From NCBI RefSeq assembly GCF_006345805.1, contig NW_021829586.1:1-32383 (forward strand): a DNA stretch of 32,383 bases, given 5' to 3'. The notes below the pieces were generated by a model that did not search any database, was not told where the DNA came from, and saw nothing but the letters and a program-made list of their open reading frames with translations. This stretch comes from Octopus sinensis (taxonomy: Eukaryota). The position numbers were made by a program, and so were the translations under genes. Of the stretch, positions 1-11,289 are shown one piece after another (positions within the stretch are counted from its first letter, which is position 1; each line of letters begins with the position of its first letter).

Positions 1-129
1 AACATGGTGATTAGTCCCTTGAGTTTTACTATGTGAGGTTTGAGTGATTGGCTAAAAGGTTTTGGGCATGTTCTGATACTCGACCTGTTGAGTGTCATCC
101 ACCCCTGTTTTCGCTAAAAAAAGTAGCCT

Positions 130-1375
130 GATACAACTCGTAAAGGTTACGACTCGGCGTTGAGACAGTTGCTCAACCACTCAAATTTAGTTGTGATATT
201 TTTCGACTTTGCAAAACCAATCGATGAAATCAGTCATGGAATGACTAGAGATCTCGATATAGGTGAGTGACTACATGATATTCTTAAAGACAGAAGTCAG
301 GTAATAATGACGGACATGGAAAGATAAATAATTAGTAGTGTCCCACTGAGTACTGTCTTGAGGCCATCATTGTTCATGGTGGGCCTCTCAGATGTGCCAT
401 CAGCCATACAGATAGCTACCCTTACAAGTAATGCTGATGACTCAAAAGTCTCATTTTCGATACAGAATCTTGGAAAGGTGACGCATTTACAATTGGGCTG
501 AATACCATAACATTCCGTCTATCTTGAAGAATTCCAAGCCCTACGCAAAATGCGAAGAAAATTAAATACACTGGACCAGGATCGATTGCAGTCACAGAAT
601 CACAATGAGTGTGTGACCTGAACATTGACATGAGTAACGATGCAACCTTCCATGTGCATATTATTAAGTTGATAATGAAATGCAGGCAGCTGGCCAGATG
701 GATTCTTAGGTCATTCAAAAAAAGAAAAAAGAGAGGAGAAAACAATGACGGTCCACTGGGGGATATTTGCATGAAACTGTTTCGATTATTGCTCCAAAAT
801 ATTGTCGTCAAATAGTGTAAAATTAATGGTAGAACTTAATGGTGGAACTCAAAAGAATCTGCGCAAGAAGATTATCTCAATGGAGCAGATTAACTCCTAG
901 GAAAAACTCAAAAGCTGAAGAGTCTACTCCTTAGAACGAAGGTAGGAAAGATTTGCAGTAATGTTCATCTACAGCGTTGGAAATAAAAGTTAGACTAACA
1001 TTAGAACAAGGCGCCATTTTTAGAGCTAAAGACCCTCACCCTTACCATTAAAAAATACAGGATCAGATACTACAATCACTTGGGATTCAATGGCCTACAG
1101 CATTTTAGTACGTTCTCGAAAGACTTCAGAGACCTATACTGGGCGGGGTTGTGTGGGGAATTCAAATATCTTCAAAGCAAAACTGGAGCTCCTATTGCCA
1201 AGAGTCATGGAGGAACCAACTCGAAGGCAAGAAACGTAAACGAGGGCAGCAAATCCCTCATTCATCAAATGCAAACTGTTAAAGGAGGATTAACGAAGAT
1301 GTAGCAAAACCAACGTCGGTGCTCCAGCATGGTCACAGCTCTCGAGTTGGAATAAGTAAAAGAGTGAAAGAGTAT
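130..1375 (+). mobile_element. Decayed CR1/Jockey-type LINE, RT domain to 3' UTR
   Basis: Broken-frame RT motifs in the correct order: RKGYDSALRQLLNH (cf. GFRxGRSCLxQLL), VIFFDFAKPIDEISHG (~200; cf. IYLDFAKAFD), SVPLSTVLRPSLF (~340; cf. GVPQGTVLGPLLF), NADDSK (~430; YADD), WILRSFKKR (~700), YSLERR (~925), GLQHFSTFSKDFRD (~1095). Ends in GGTGCTCCAGCATGG and a short AAAGAGT repeat tail. Many stops and frameshifts. Confidence 0.85.
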
Positions 1376-1505
1376 GTATACATATACATACATAAACACA
1401 CATACACAATATATATGTATGTATATGTATATATATATAAAATTTTTTTCGGAAGGAGATAAAAAACCTAGGCTGTGAAGATTTTAGAACATTTGTAAAC
1501 AGAAG

Positions 1506-1554
1506 GTCTTACAGCTGTTTCCGGGATAATTTATCATATCCCTTCATCGGGGAC
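1506..1554 (-). ncRNA. Minimal type I hammerhead-ribozyme-like motif (U4C variant)
   Basis: Minus strand: GUCC CCGAUGA A GGGAUA ugauaaau UAUCCC G GAAA CAGCUG UA AGAC. 6-bp stem II, palindromic ACAGCUGU stem III, GUA cleavage triplet; the core reads CCGAUGA instead of CUGAUGA. Confidence 0.5.
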
Positions 1555-1849
1555 GGTGTGAGAAAATGGTGAAGCAATAGTTATTCTATATAAGATATGA
1601 AATACAGAGTGAAGTGGAGGAATGAAAATAGATGTGAGATATGCAGGGATATTGCATTTGTAGATCCATTATTTAGGCAGAATGGTATACATATAAGATT
1701 CCAATACCTTGTGAGTAAATTTCAAATGTCTAAATAATGGATCTACGAATGCAATATCCCTGCATATCTCAATCTATTTTCATTCTCCACTTCACTCTGT
1801 ATTTCATATCTTATATAGAATAACTATTGCTTCACCATTTTCTCACACC

Positions 1850-1897
1850 GTCTCCGATGAAGGGATATGATAAATATCCTGGAAACAACTGTAAGTC
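1850..1897 (+). ncRNA. Second, more degenerate copy of the hammerhead-like motif
   Basis: GUCU CCGAUGA A GGGAUAU gauaa AUAUCCU G GAAA CAACUG UA AGUC. Same U4C core, with one mismatch each in stems I and III. Confidence 0.45.
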
Positions 1898-2162
1898 TTT
1901 CTATTTATAAATGTTCTAAAATCTTCACAGCCTTGGTTTTTTATCTTACTGTGAAAAATTTTTTTTATATATACACTTGCTGATATATAACCTACGTTGG
2001 ACTCCTTATTCGCATAATCACCGAACCTGGAACTTAACTATAGTCTGTCCATAGCACTTACTCAGCATTACCTGACACCTTTGGGTCTTCTTGACACAAT
2101 TACCTCTCATAACCTATATATGTATATATACACACACTTTTTAAGACTTTTTTACGCTTTAT

Positions 2163-2505
2163 AGTCATTTGAATGCAGCCATGCTGGAGCACTGCCTTTA
2201 GGCGAAGAAATCGATCCCAGGATTTATTCTTTGTAACCGTAGTTCTTATACTATCGGTCTCTTTTCGTCGAACCGCTAATTTTCGGGAACATAGACACAC
2301 CAACATCGGTTGTCAAGCGATGGTGGGGGCGGGGGTCAAACACAGACACAAAGATACACAATAAATATATATAATATATATATACATATACATACGACGG
2401 GCTTCTTTCAGTTTGGTCGGCACGTGGCTATAGTAGAAGATACTTGTCCACAATGCCACGCAGTGGAACTGAATCCGGAATCATGTGGTTGGTAACAAGC
2501 TACTT
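2163..2505 (-). mobile_element. tRNA-derived SINE, family A (CORE-like), with internal CA/TA microsatellite and internal deletion
   Basis: Homologous to the copies at 8565-9015 and 9020-9380: shared CCATGCTGGAGCAC tail, ACACCAACATCGGTTGTCAAGCGATG body and ACGACGGGCTTCTTTCAGTTT...CATGTGGTTGG head. Confidence 0.8.
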
Positions 2506-2661
2506 TATTTCCAAAAATGTTGCCATAAAAGCATGATACAAAGTAGCTTGCGGGCTGGACAGAAACATTGATGAGATGAATGATGAAATAAAATGATATT
2601 AATGGGAGAAGACAAAAAACACCCCCGATATTTTGCTTCTCTAAAACATTTTTTTACACAA

Positions 2662-3031
2662 AATTACACTTTTTATTTGACGACAATAGTTAGGAGCAAC
2701 AATCGAAACAGTTTCATGCAAATATCCCCCAGTGGACCGTCATTGTTTTCTGCTCTCTTTTTTCTTTTTTGAATGCCCTAAGAATCCATCTGGCCAGCTG
2801 CCTGCATTTCATTGCCAACTTAATAATATGCACATGGAAGGTTGCATCGTTACTCATGTCAATGTTCAGGTCACCCACTCATTGTGATTCTGTGACTGCA
2901 ATCGATCCTGGTCCAGTGTATTTAATTTTCTTCGCATTTTGCGTAGGGCTTGGAATTCTTCAAGATAGACGGAATGTTATGGTCTTCAGCCCAATTGTAT
3001 ATGCGTCACCTTTCCAGGATTCTGTATTGAA
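2662..3031 (-). repeat. Inverted duplicate of LINE segment 456-822
   Basis: Manual alignment gives ~12 substitutions and 1 indel over ~357 bp. This also explains the near-identical ORFs 422..811(-) and 2769..3065(+). Confidence 0.9.
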
Positions 3032-3209
3032 CCTCTTACTTCCGTTTTACAATTATTGGACTTAGTAATCCATTTACAAAATGAGGCGCTGAGCCTCTCA
3101 TACACTTAAACATTATAACACTGAGGCTTTTCAACGTCTTGTCAATTTTCCTTCGCTTGTGCCCGTATACTCCGCCATCACCCACGCCTCATTTAAAACC
3201 AAGGCAGTC

Positions 3210-3462
3210 TCTGAGTCGGCGTCGCCGACCACTATTCGGCTCACGATTGTGAGTTTGATTCTCGGCTAGTGTTATGTCATTGAGTAAAATACTTTAATTC
3301 GCATTGATTCAGTCCAGTCTCAAGGCAAAAATGAGTCACACTTGTAATTTAAAAGAGCCAGCCATGTCAAATCATGTGTCAAGCTGAATCTCCGCAAAAA
3401 CTACGTTAAGGTTACACGTGTCTGTGGAGTGCTCAGTCACTTGAACGTTCATTTCACGAGCA
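3210..3462 (+). mobile_element. Degenerate SINE, additional family
   Basis: Eroded B-box-like GAGTTTGATTCTCGG, then GTCATTGAGTAAATACTTTA (cf. GTTCTTGAGCAAAACATTTTA at ~20585), then a tail I recognise as an octopus-type interspersed repeat. Confidence 0.45.
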
Positions 3463-3532
3463 TATATATTTATATATATATAAGTATATATAAAGTATAT
3501 ATAAGTATATATATATATGTATGTATATACAA

Positions 3533-3668
<136 letters not shown>

Positions 3669-3713
3669 GATAAATGGCGGATGGAAGATGGAAGATACGA
3701 GAATTTTTACTAA

Positions 3714-3870
3714 TCACTGCAATTGTTTCGACACATCCATCATCGATCCATCACGGGTGGGGTACTTCAAATCTAATTCGGGAGCATCCGATGGCGTTGA
3801 TGTGTCTCTTCGGGTGACAAACAGATATACCTCGTTAAAATAACAGTTCCGCAAGGTATCTTCTCGCTTC
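3714..3870 (-). other. Candidate exon with strong 3' splice site
   Basis: Minus strand: TACTAAT branch-like site, then tttaatttgctgcttttctttacag|G. One frame is open for 51 codons (KREDTLRNCYFNEVYLFVTRRDTSTPSDAPELDLKYPTRDGSMMDVSKQLQ*). CpG-rich unique island. No protein recognised. Confidence 0.3.
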
Positions 3871-3911
3871 CTGTAAAGAAAAGCAGCAAATTAAAGGATA
3901 TAACTTCATTA

Positions 3912-3922
3912 GTATATATATA

Positions 3923-3963
<41 letters not shown>

Positions 3964-4182
3964 AATATATATATATATGCATATATATTATATATATATA
4001 TATAATTATATAATATATATATATAATATATATATAGATATATATATATATATATATCTATATATATATATATATATATATTATATACACTTTTACTCTC
4101 TTTGGTCCGTTCGGCCGCTTGGCTTCGGCTTCTTGTCCTTCGCAAAAGTGCATTCGACATCCCGCTCGTGTACTGCTCGAAA

Positions 4183-4266
<84 letters not shown>
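3912..4266. repeat. (TA)n 3912-4087 and (TCTA)n 4183-4266 flanking an 86-bp unique CpG-rich island
   Basis: Directly visible. Confidence 0.9.
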
Positions 4267-4389
4267 AAATTTAAATTTAAAATGAGGGTGAGAAATTGGA
4301 TATTAATTTAATTAACATCAATTTAACACCAGTGGTCTAGCATATTAGAATCTGAAGGTTCAGTAAATTGTATTATAAACATCCCTCTA

Positions 4390-4404
4390 ATATGTATGTA
4401 TGTG

Positions 4405-4444
<40 letters not shown>

Positions 4445-4960
4445 TAAATAGATAGATAGGTACACTAGTATATTCGAGCAGTAGAGTAAACACTTTAAAA
4501 GCTACTTATATACAAGTTTTTAAATGAATATATTTATATTTATTGATTAATAGCTTATAAGCATTGGATGCGAGATGAGAAACGTGAGTATGAAATGGAA
4601 CTAATGGACACGGCTATATCTGTTATTAATATCGATTAAACCTCAAACGTATGTCTAAAATCAATTTTAGTAATAAATCCACTGTACACAACCGGAAAGA
4701 TTTCTCACGCACACATACCCACTCACACATACACAAACAATTTATATGGATATGAATATGTATATTCATGAGTGTGTGTGTGTGTATAGATATATCTATA
4801 TATATGTACACACACATGTATACACACACACACACATATATATACACATATATATTTCTATCTATCTATCTATCTATCTATCTATACGTTAATATAATTA
4901 CATATACGTGGTTGCATAAATAAATACACGTACACATATATATGCATATATATATATGAT

Positions 4961-4997
<37 letters not shown>

Positions 4998-5026
4998 TAT
5001 TATATATATATATATATATATAATAC

Positions 5027-5058
<32 letters not shown>

Positions 5059-5229
5059 ATAACCTTTCGCACTATAATATATATATATATATATGTATGT
5101 ATGTATATATACCAATTACACTACAATATATATTGTATTTGCTGCATATATGTATATATCTCCTCATATATATGTATATACATTCATACAAACATGCATA
5201 TATATATATATATATACACATATATATTC

Positions 5230-5264
<35 letters not shown>

Positions 5265-5300
5265 TGCACTTATATAAGTACATATGTATATATACATGTT
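4390..5300. repeat. Mixed TA/CA/GA/TCTA microsatellite field
   Basis: Directly visible low-complexity dinucleotide and tetranucleotide tracts with short unique interruptions. Confidence 0.85.
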
Positions 5301-6309
5301 TTATACAAACTCTTTCAAAGTTAGTTACTTAAACTCACCAATCGATTTACTAATAACTACGTATACAATAATATAATAATCAATAACTGAATGTTTAGAA
5401 ACATCTTGGTGTTGAAAATGAAAAAAAAAACTATAATACTTAACAGCTGTCGTCGTGGTCGTTGTATATATATATATATAACTCTAAACTGCATATGTTT
5501 ATGCGAAAGGTAACTAAGTTATTAAATTCAAATCTAGGAATGAAACGAAAACAATTGACTCACTTTAGCATATTTATGTTTAAAGGTAAAAAAAAAAAAA
5601 AGAAAATTTCGAAAAATGATGTCTGAAAATCGTTTCTAAGTTGAAATAAAGACATTTACTTGAAGATCTTTCTGCTGTTCCTTGTTAAGTAGAGGTGTGC
5701 TCGGTGACAGGTATATCTCCAATGGTAGAATCGATGTATTTGTCGAACTAATCTAGGAGGGCTAAAGATAGCGTAGGCATCACTGCTCAGGAGGTTCACT
5801 AGATCAGAAGAGCAATCCTTAGTGTCAGACGCTAGTGAAGGCTCGTGGTTTAGTGGTTAGGGTGTTGTAGTCAGTCACTGTCTTCTTGCTTGCAGTTGCA
5901 ATCAGGCGACTCACTTTAAATCATCACACTTCATCTCACAGTATAACAAAATTTTGAGTATCCTTCTGTCTACTGTACAAATTTACGTATCCCACCGAAT
6001 TCGATTATCATGCCATCAGGATGGAATCTACACTAGGCATATTTGAACGTTGCAGGACCTTCGGGCTGGAGATGTGATCAAGTTAAGAAATATTGAGGAA
6101 AGATCGTAACTGGCATAACTGACAGCTTATCAGGTTTATTTTTATATGTTGATGAGACATTGAATAGCTCTCAACAACAAATACAAGGACAAAGACACAC
6201 TGATACACAGACACACAGACACACAAACGCACTCACATACACATGTATAGACACACATACATATATATGTGTATACATGTATATGTATATACATATATTA
6301 TATATATAC

Positions 6310-6340
<31 letters not shown>

Positions 6341-6380
6341 CATATATATGTGTAGACACACACACACACAGTCACATGTA

Positions 6381-7012
6381 TATAGGGTCCGTAAGATATT
6401 TGAGGACAGATTTATGTTTATAAAATAAACAGATATATAATAACAGATAATTTTATTTATAAAAAAATGCTATGATGATAAAAATATACCTTTTCAATAA
6501 TGTTATTCAATAAAGCCACCTTCAGCTTCAACAACAGCTTCTATATGAGATCTAAATAATCTACATCTTCGAATGAAGTACTCCTGGTTCATTTTGGACA
6601 TTACTCTGACTATGGCAGCTTTCATAGAAACTTTGGTGTTATGCGCGTGTTCATTGACCTCTCTCTCTCAACAACACTCCAATGGATTGAGATCTGGGGA
6701 ATTAGAACGCCAAATATTAGGGGTTATGTGATCATGAAAATGTTCAGCCATCCTTTCCTGTGTTACATGAGTCATGAGTGACAGTGCAGAGTCTTATTGA
6801 AACACATATGGTCTTCTATTGCATACACTGTCTATCTAGAGATTAACAATTATTTACAGGACCTCAGTGTAGGCGGCAGAGTTAACTCTAAGTCCTTTTG
6901 AAAAAAAGTAAGGAGGTATCACATGTCCTTCATTGCTGATAACCCCTAAAACCATGACAATTTCAGGAAATTTTGTATGCATAACACTCGGAACTTCAGA
7001 AGGGTCTGCACA
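6381..7012 (-). mobile_element. Tc1/mariner-superfamily transposase relic (DD37D/maT-like), catalytic C-terminal half plus probable 3' end
   Basis: Minus strand: DPSEVPSVMHTKFPEIVMVLGVISNEGH, PYVFQ*DSALS, WRSNSPDLNPL (cf. WPPNSPDLNP), FRSHIEAVVEAEGGFIE* ending at 6503. TA-TAGGGTCC at 6381 is a possible eroded TIR end. Confidence 0.8.
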
Positions 7013-7539
7013 TTATATATATCTTTGATTATTTATTTAACTTTTATTGTTATTATTGTTGACCTGAGGAGTGACTATACTTTTAAATTGAATTGTTTTA
7101 TCGATTTAATTTAATTGTAATTGTAATTCGAATTTAAATTATGCCATGAAACGTACGTAGTCTTTTTCCTTATTATATATTGTTTATTCTTTTTTTACTT
7201 TTTGTGATCTAGTTACATGTTTTAAATTATATTTTATTTTTTATTTATGATTTGGTTCATGTCTATCATTGTTTGAATTGCATAATAGTAGTTTTTCTCT
7301 AATTTATATATATATATGACCTCGCTTCCTTCGAGTGTAGACGGCTATTCTGTGCCTCCTTCGCCGTTCTCAAAAAAAAGCGTTCGTAATATGCGTGTAT
7401 ATATACATGTAGATGTAGGTACGTACATATATGTATGTATATATGCATATGTTTTATTTATTAATTTGTTATTATACGACAGAACGCACGCATCCATTTC
7501 TAAGTAAGTTTGTCCTATATACATATATACATATATGCA

Positions 7540-7690
7540 TACGATGGGCTTGTTTCAGTTTCCATCTACCAAATCCACTCATTTTGGTCGGCCTGAGGCT
7601 CTAGTAGAAAGCACTTGCCCTAGATGCCATGCCGAGGGACTGAATCCGGAACAATGTGGTTGGGAAACAAGCTTCTTACCACACAGCCAA
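7540..7690 (-). mobile_element. SINE family A head
   Basis: Homologous to 8860-9015; reverse complement of 8320-8470. Confidence 0.8.
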
Positions 7691-8319
7691 GCGTCGTTTA
7701 TATCTTTTGAGCAGGGTCTGTACTGCCGAAAGTTTTTTAAAGACAATAAATATAATAGATTTGTCATAGAGTAAAATCATATTGTTGGTGTTCTTTAAAC
7801 TACGAAATCAACACTAAGCTCCAGGGAGAAATCGACAGGAACTTTCTTGAAATCTCTCGAACGGCAGCGTAATTGAAAGAACGGAAAATTGCTCCGTAAC
7901 TTCCGTCGCCCTGACGACGGTCCTTTCGCATGTAAATGGCGCCGATTATCTCTGCATCGTTGATCTGCTGGGAAAGGCTAGGGGAGACGCTGAATCTATT
8001 GTCAGGTTTTATATATATGTGTATTTATGGTGACGCATATTGTATGTGGTGTTTGACGATTTAAAGTCTACTTATCAGCATATTGGCATATAATTTTTTC
8101 TTTTGCCCTTATTTATAATTGTTTCTTATTTTTCATTTTAAAATTTATTTTAATATGCTGGCCACATGATGAAATCTTTTGAAAAATTTTATTCTATATT
8201 AGAAGTATATATATATATATATATAATATATATATATATATATGAATATAGACATGTTTATATATATGTATATACTTATGTATGTATATATATGTGTGTA
8301 TATGTGTGTGTATGTGTGT

Positions 8320-8470
8320 CTGTGTGATAAGAAGCTTGCTTCCCAACTACGTGGTCCCGGGTTCAGTGCTACTACGTGGGGCCTTGGAAAGTGTGTTCGA
8401 CTAAACCGTCGGGCTGACCAAAGCCTTCTGAGTGGATACGGTAGACGGAAACTGTAAGAAACCCGTCATA
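8320..8470 (+). mobile_element. SINE family A head
   Basis: GTGTGATAAGAAGCTTGCTTCCCAAC...GGGTTCAGTGC (A/B-box-like), then CORE-like CCTTGGAAAGTG. Confidence 0.8.
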
Positions 8471-8516
8471 TGTGCGTACATATCTATGTATGTATGTATG
8501 TATGTATGTATGTATG

Positions 8517-8559
<43 letters not shown>

Positions 8560-8564
8560 GCATT

Positions 8565-8820
8565 CTTTTATTCTTGTCTTTTAATTGTTTCAGTCAGTTG
8601 ACTGCGACCATGCTGGGGCACCGCCTTAAAGAGTTTTAGTCGAATATATCGACCACAGGATTATTCCTTATAAGCGTAGGACTTATTCTATGGGTCTCTC
8701 TTGCCGAACTGCTACGTTACAGTGACGTAAACACACCAACGTCGGTTGTCAAGCGATGCTGGTGGAGACAAGCACTGACAGAAACACACACACACACACA
8801 TACACACACACACACACAAA

Positions 8821-8864
<44 letters not shown>

Positions 8865-9380
8865 CGGACTTCTTTCAGTTTCTGTCTGCTAAATCCGCTC
8901 ACAAGGCTTTGAACGGCCCGAAGCTATAGTAGAGGACACATGCACAAAGTGCCACGCAGTGGGAGTGAACCCAGAACCATGTGGTTGGGAAGCAAACACT
9001 TTACCACAGAACCACGCCTTACTTGTTTCAGTCATTAGACTGCGGTCATACTGGAGCACCGTCTTGATGATTTTTTTTAGTCGAATGTATCAACCCCAGT
9101 ACTTGTTTGTTTGAAACCTGGTACTTATTCTATCCGACTTTTTTTCCCGAACCTCTAAGTTACGGGGACGTAAACACACCAGCACCGGTTGTGAAATGGT
9201 GGTGGTGGGATCAAGACAGACACACACACACACATATATACGACGCGCTCCTTTCAGTGTCCGTCCTCCAAATCCCCCCATAAGACTTTTGGTCGGCCCA
9301 AGGTTATAGTAGAAGACAAGGTGCTATGCAGTGGGACTGAACCTAGAACTATGTGGTAGGGAAGCAAGCTTCTTGCCACA
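8565..9380 (-). mobile_element. Two near-full SINE family A copies in head-to-tail tandem (8565-9015, 9020-9380)
   Basis: Each copy has tail (CAGTCAxTxGACTGCG..CATxCTGGxGCACCG), body, internal (CA)n and tRNA-like head; the copies are almost directly abutted. Confidence 0.85.
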
Positions 9381-10519
9381 CACACACACACACACACACA
9401 TTTATTCATGAACTTATTGTTTTACGATGAAGTGGCTCAGTCGGCTCAGCGAAACTTCATTTAGCGCCAATAATTGTACTTGTGCATCATCAGCTCTATT
9501 TGCTAGAAATAGCAGCTAAAAAGCTTAATGTCTTCAGATCCAACACTGCTGTCTAAAACGATAAAAAAAAAACCCACACAGAAAAGTAAAATAATGATAT
9601 TTTGGATAATGAACCTTAGATAGATTAATAACTGAAAAAAAAGAAGAAAAGAACCAAAGAAAATTATTTATGACAAAACAAAATTGTAAGTTGGCCGGAT
9701 CAGAGCTGAGCTGGGGGTAAAGTCACAACAACGACGATGATACCAACATCACCAATACCACCACCACCACCACCACCACCACCACCACCACCAGTAAGAA
9801 GAATAAAAAGAAGAAGAAGAAGAACAATAACAACAACAATAACAATTTGCAATATCTTTTTTATATTTTGGCATAAATTCAAGAGTCTGTTTTTAGCTTA
9901 TTGAGAACTGACTGCAATTTAACGAAATGTTTAGCTGGGTGAGAATTACGTTGTGTTATTGTGACGAATTTGGCACAAGTACATAATAAGATCATTCATC
10001 CATCGAGCAAATAGTATTAATAATGCATTTACAGATAAATAAAGAAACAGTGAGTCAGGAGATTTTGTGCAGAAGTGTAATCCATAATAAAGAACATATT
10101 TTTCTGTAGATAAAACATACTCCTTACGTAAGCGACCTGTATGTATGTATGTATGTATGTATGTATGTATGTATGCATGTATCTATCTATCTATCGATTT
10201 ATCTATCTATCTGTCTATATCATTCTCTCTATTTCTGTCTCTCCCTCTCTCTATATATATACACACTCACACAAACACACACGTATATATATATGAATAT
10301 ATATTTACACACACATATATACATGTATCTATCTATCTATTTTTGTGTATGTATGTGTGTGAGTGTGTACATTAATATATATACACACACAAACATACAC
10401 TTAAATCCACGAACATATACACAAACACACATACAGACCTATACACACATAGACTCATACACACATATACACACATATGCATACACATACACACATATAC
10501 ACACATAGACTCTAGATTT

Positions 10520-10960
10520 ATTGAAACCATTCTCTCTTCGACAAACTCCAAATAGAAAGGGATGGTGACTTCAAGAACTAAGGATTTGACATACCGTGAA
10601 GGACAGGGGAACCTGATTGTCTGGGGTGGCTTCGTTGCACAGCAGATGCTCATATGTGAGAAAACGGATCTTTTCTTGGAAAAAGAGACGTTTCGTAGAA
10701 CATGTCACAAAAGAAATTTTAGTGCAATGCCACAAGCCAATGAAATAACTTCTAACCTTACTTCTTCGTTCGAATACTTCTGGACTGTAAGGTACAACCT
10801 CGTCTCGTTTACAATTCAAAACATTAATACGAACCGTCTTGGAGTTTTCGGTGGTCATAACATATGGCTTGGTTGAGTAGGAATCTTTCCACCGAAATGT
10901 TGTTTAGGGTGTTTCACTCCCGTGCTTGAGTACCTTAGGGACAGCATTCTTCTTCTCATA
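10520..10960 (+). mobile_element. Highly decayed non-LTR retrotransposon RT C-terminal fragment (I/Jockey-like)
   Basis: One frame reads KRRFVEHVTKEILVQCHKPMK*LL...LQFKTLIRTVLEFSVV, resembling LTFxxHV...LYKTLIRPVLEY. Weak. Confidence 0.4.
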
Positions 10961-10974
10961 GCTTTCATAGATAT

Positions 10975-11281
10975 GTTGTTGTTTGTTCCTTATCGAGCCA
11001 TGACTGGCTCAAAAGGGCTGGTTTCCCGGTTTACTTGGCGTATAAGTTTTCCACTTGGACAGGACACCGGTCCGTCGTAGGTGAGCTGCAAGATGCAGGA
11101 GGAAAGTGTGAGAGAAAATTGTGGAGAAAGAGTCAGCAGAAGTTCGCCATTATCTTCTGCCGGAGCCGCGTGGGGCTTAGATGTTTCGCTCATAAACACA
11201 CACATCGCCCGGTCTGAGATTGCAACCCGCGATCCCTCGACCGCGAGTCCGCTGCTCTAACCACTAGGCCATGTGCCTCCA
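10975..11281 (-). mobile_element. tRNA-derived SINE, head family B with V-SINE-like 3' part
   Basis: Head TGGCCTAGTGGTTAGAGCAGCGGACTCGCGGTCG...GGTTGCAATCTC; the 3' region aligns with 20650-20725. Confidence 0.8.
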
Positions 11282-11289
11282 CTTACATA

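Larger units (their letters stand above)
1440..1965. mobile_element. Penelope-like element terminal (pseudo-LTR) fragment in fold-back arrangement; arms ~1440-1679 and ~1727-1965, 47-bp spacer
   Basis: The arms are direct reverse complements (~93% by eye over the inner ~225 bp). Each carries a hammerhead-like motif. The minus strand of the spacer plus left arm reads HKVLESYMYTILPK*, resembling a PLE GIY-YIG C-terminus. Confidence 0.7.

Noticed and set aside
7905-7930. CTGACGA hammerhead half-site
   Set aside because: There is no downstream GAAA and no stems.
9424-9460. Hammerhead-like CGATGA...CGAAAC
   Set aside because: The core is incomplete, stem II is only ~3 bp, and there is no stem I or III.
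9425-9552. Minus-strand exon after a strong poly-T acceptor
   Set aside because: All three frames hit stops, and part of it resembles an interspersed repeat tail.
11200-11281. tRNA genes at SINE heads (also 20499, 22465, 5839)
   Set aside because: A/B boxes are present, but there is no complete cloverleaf and each continues into a SINE body or is truncated.
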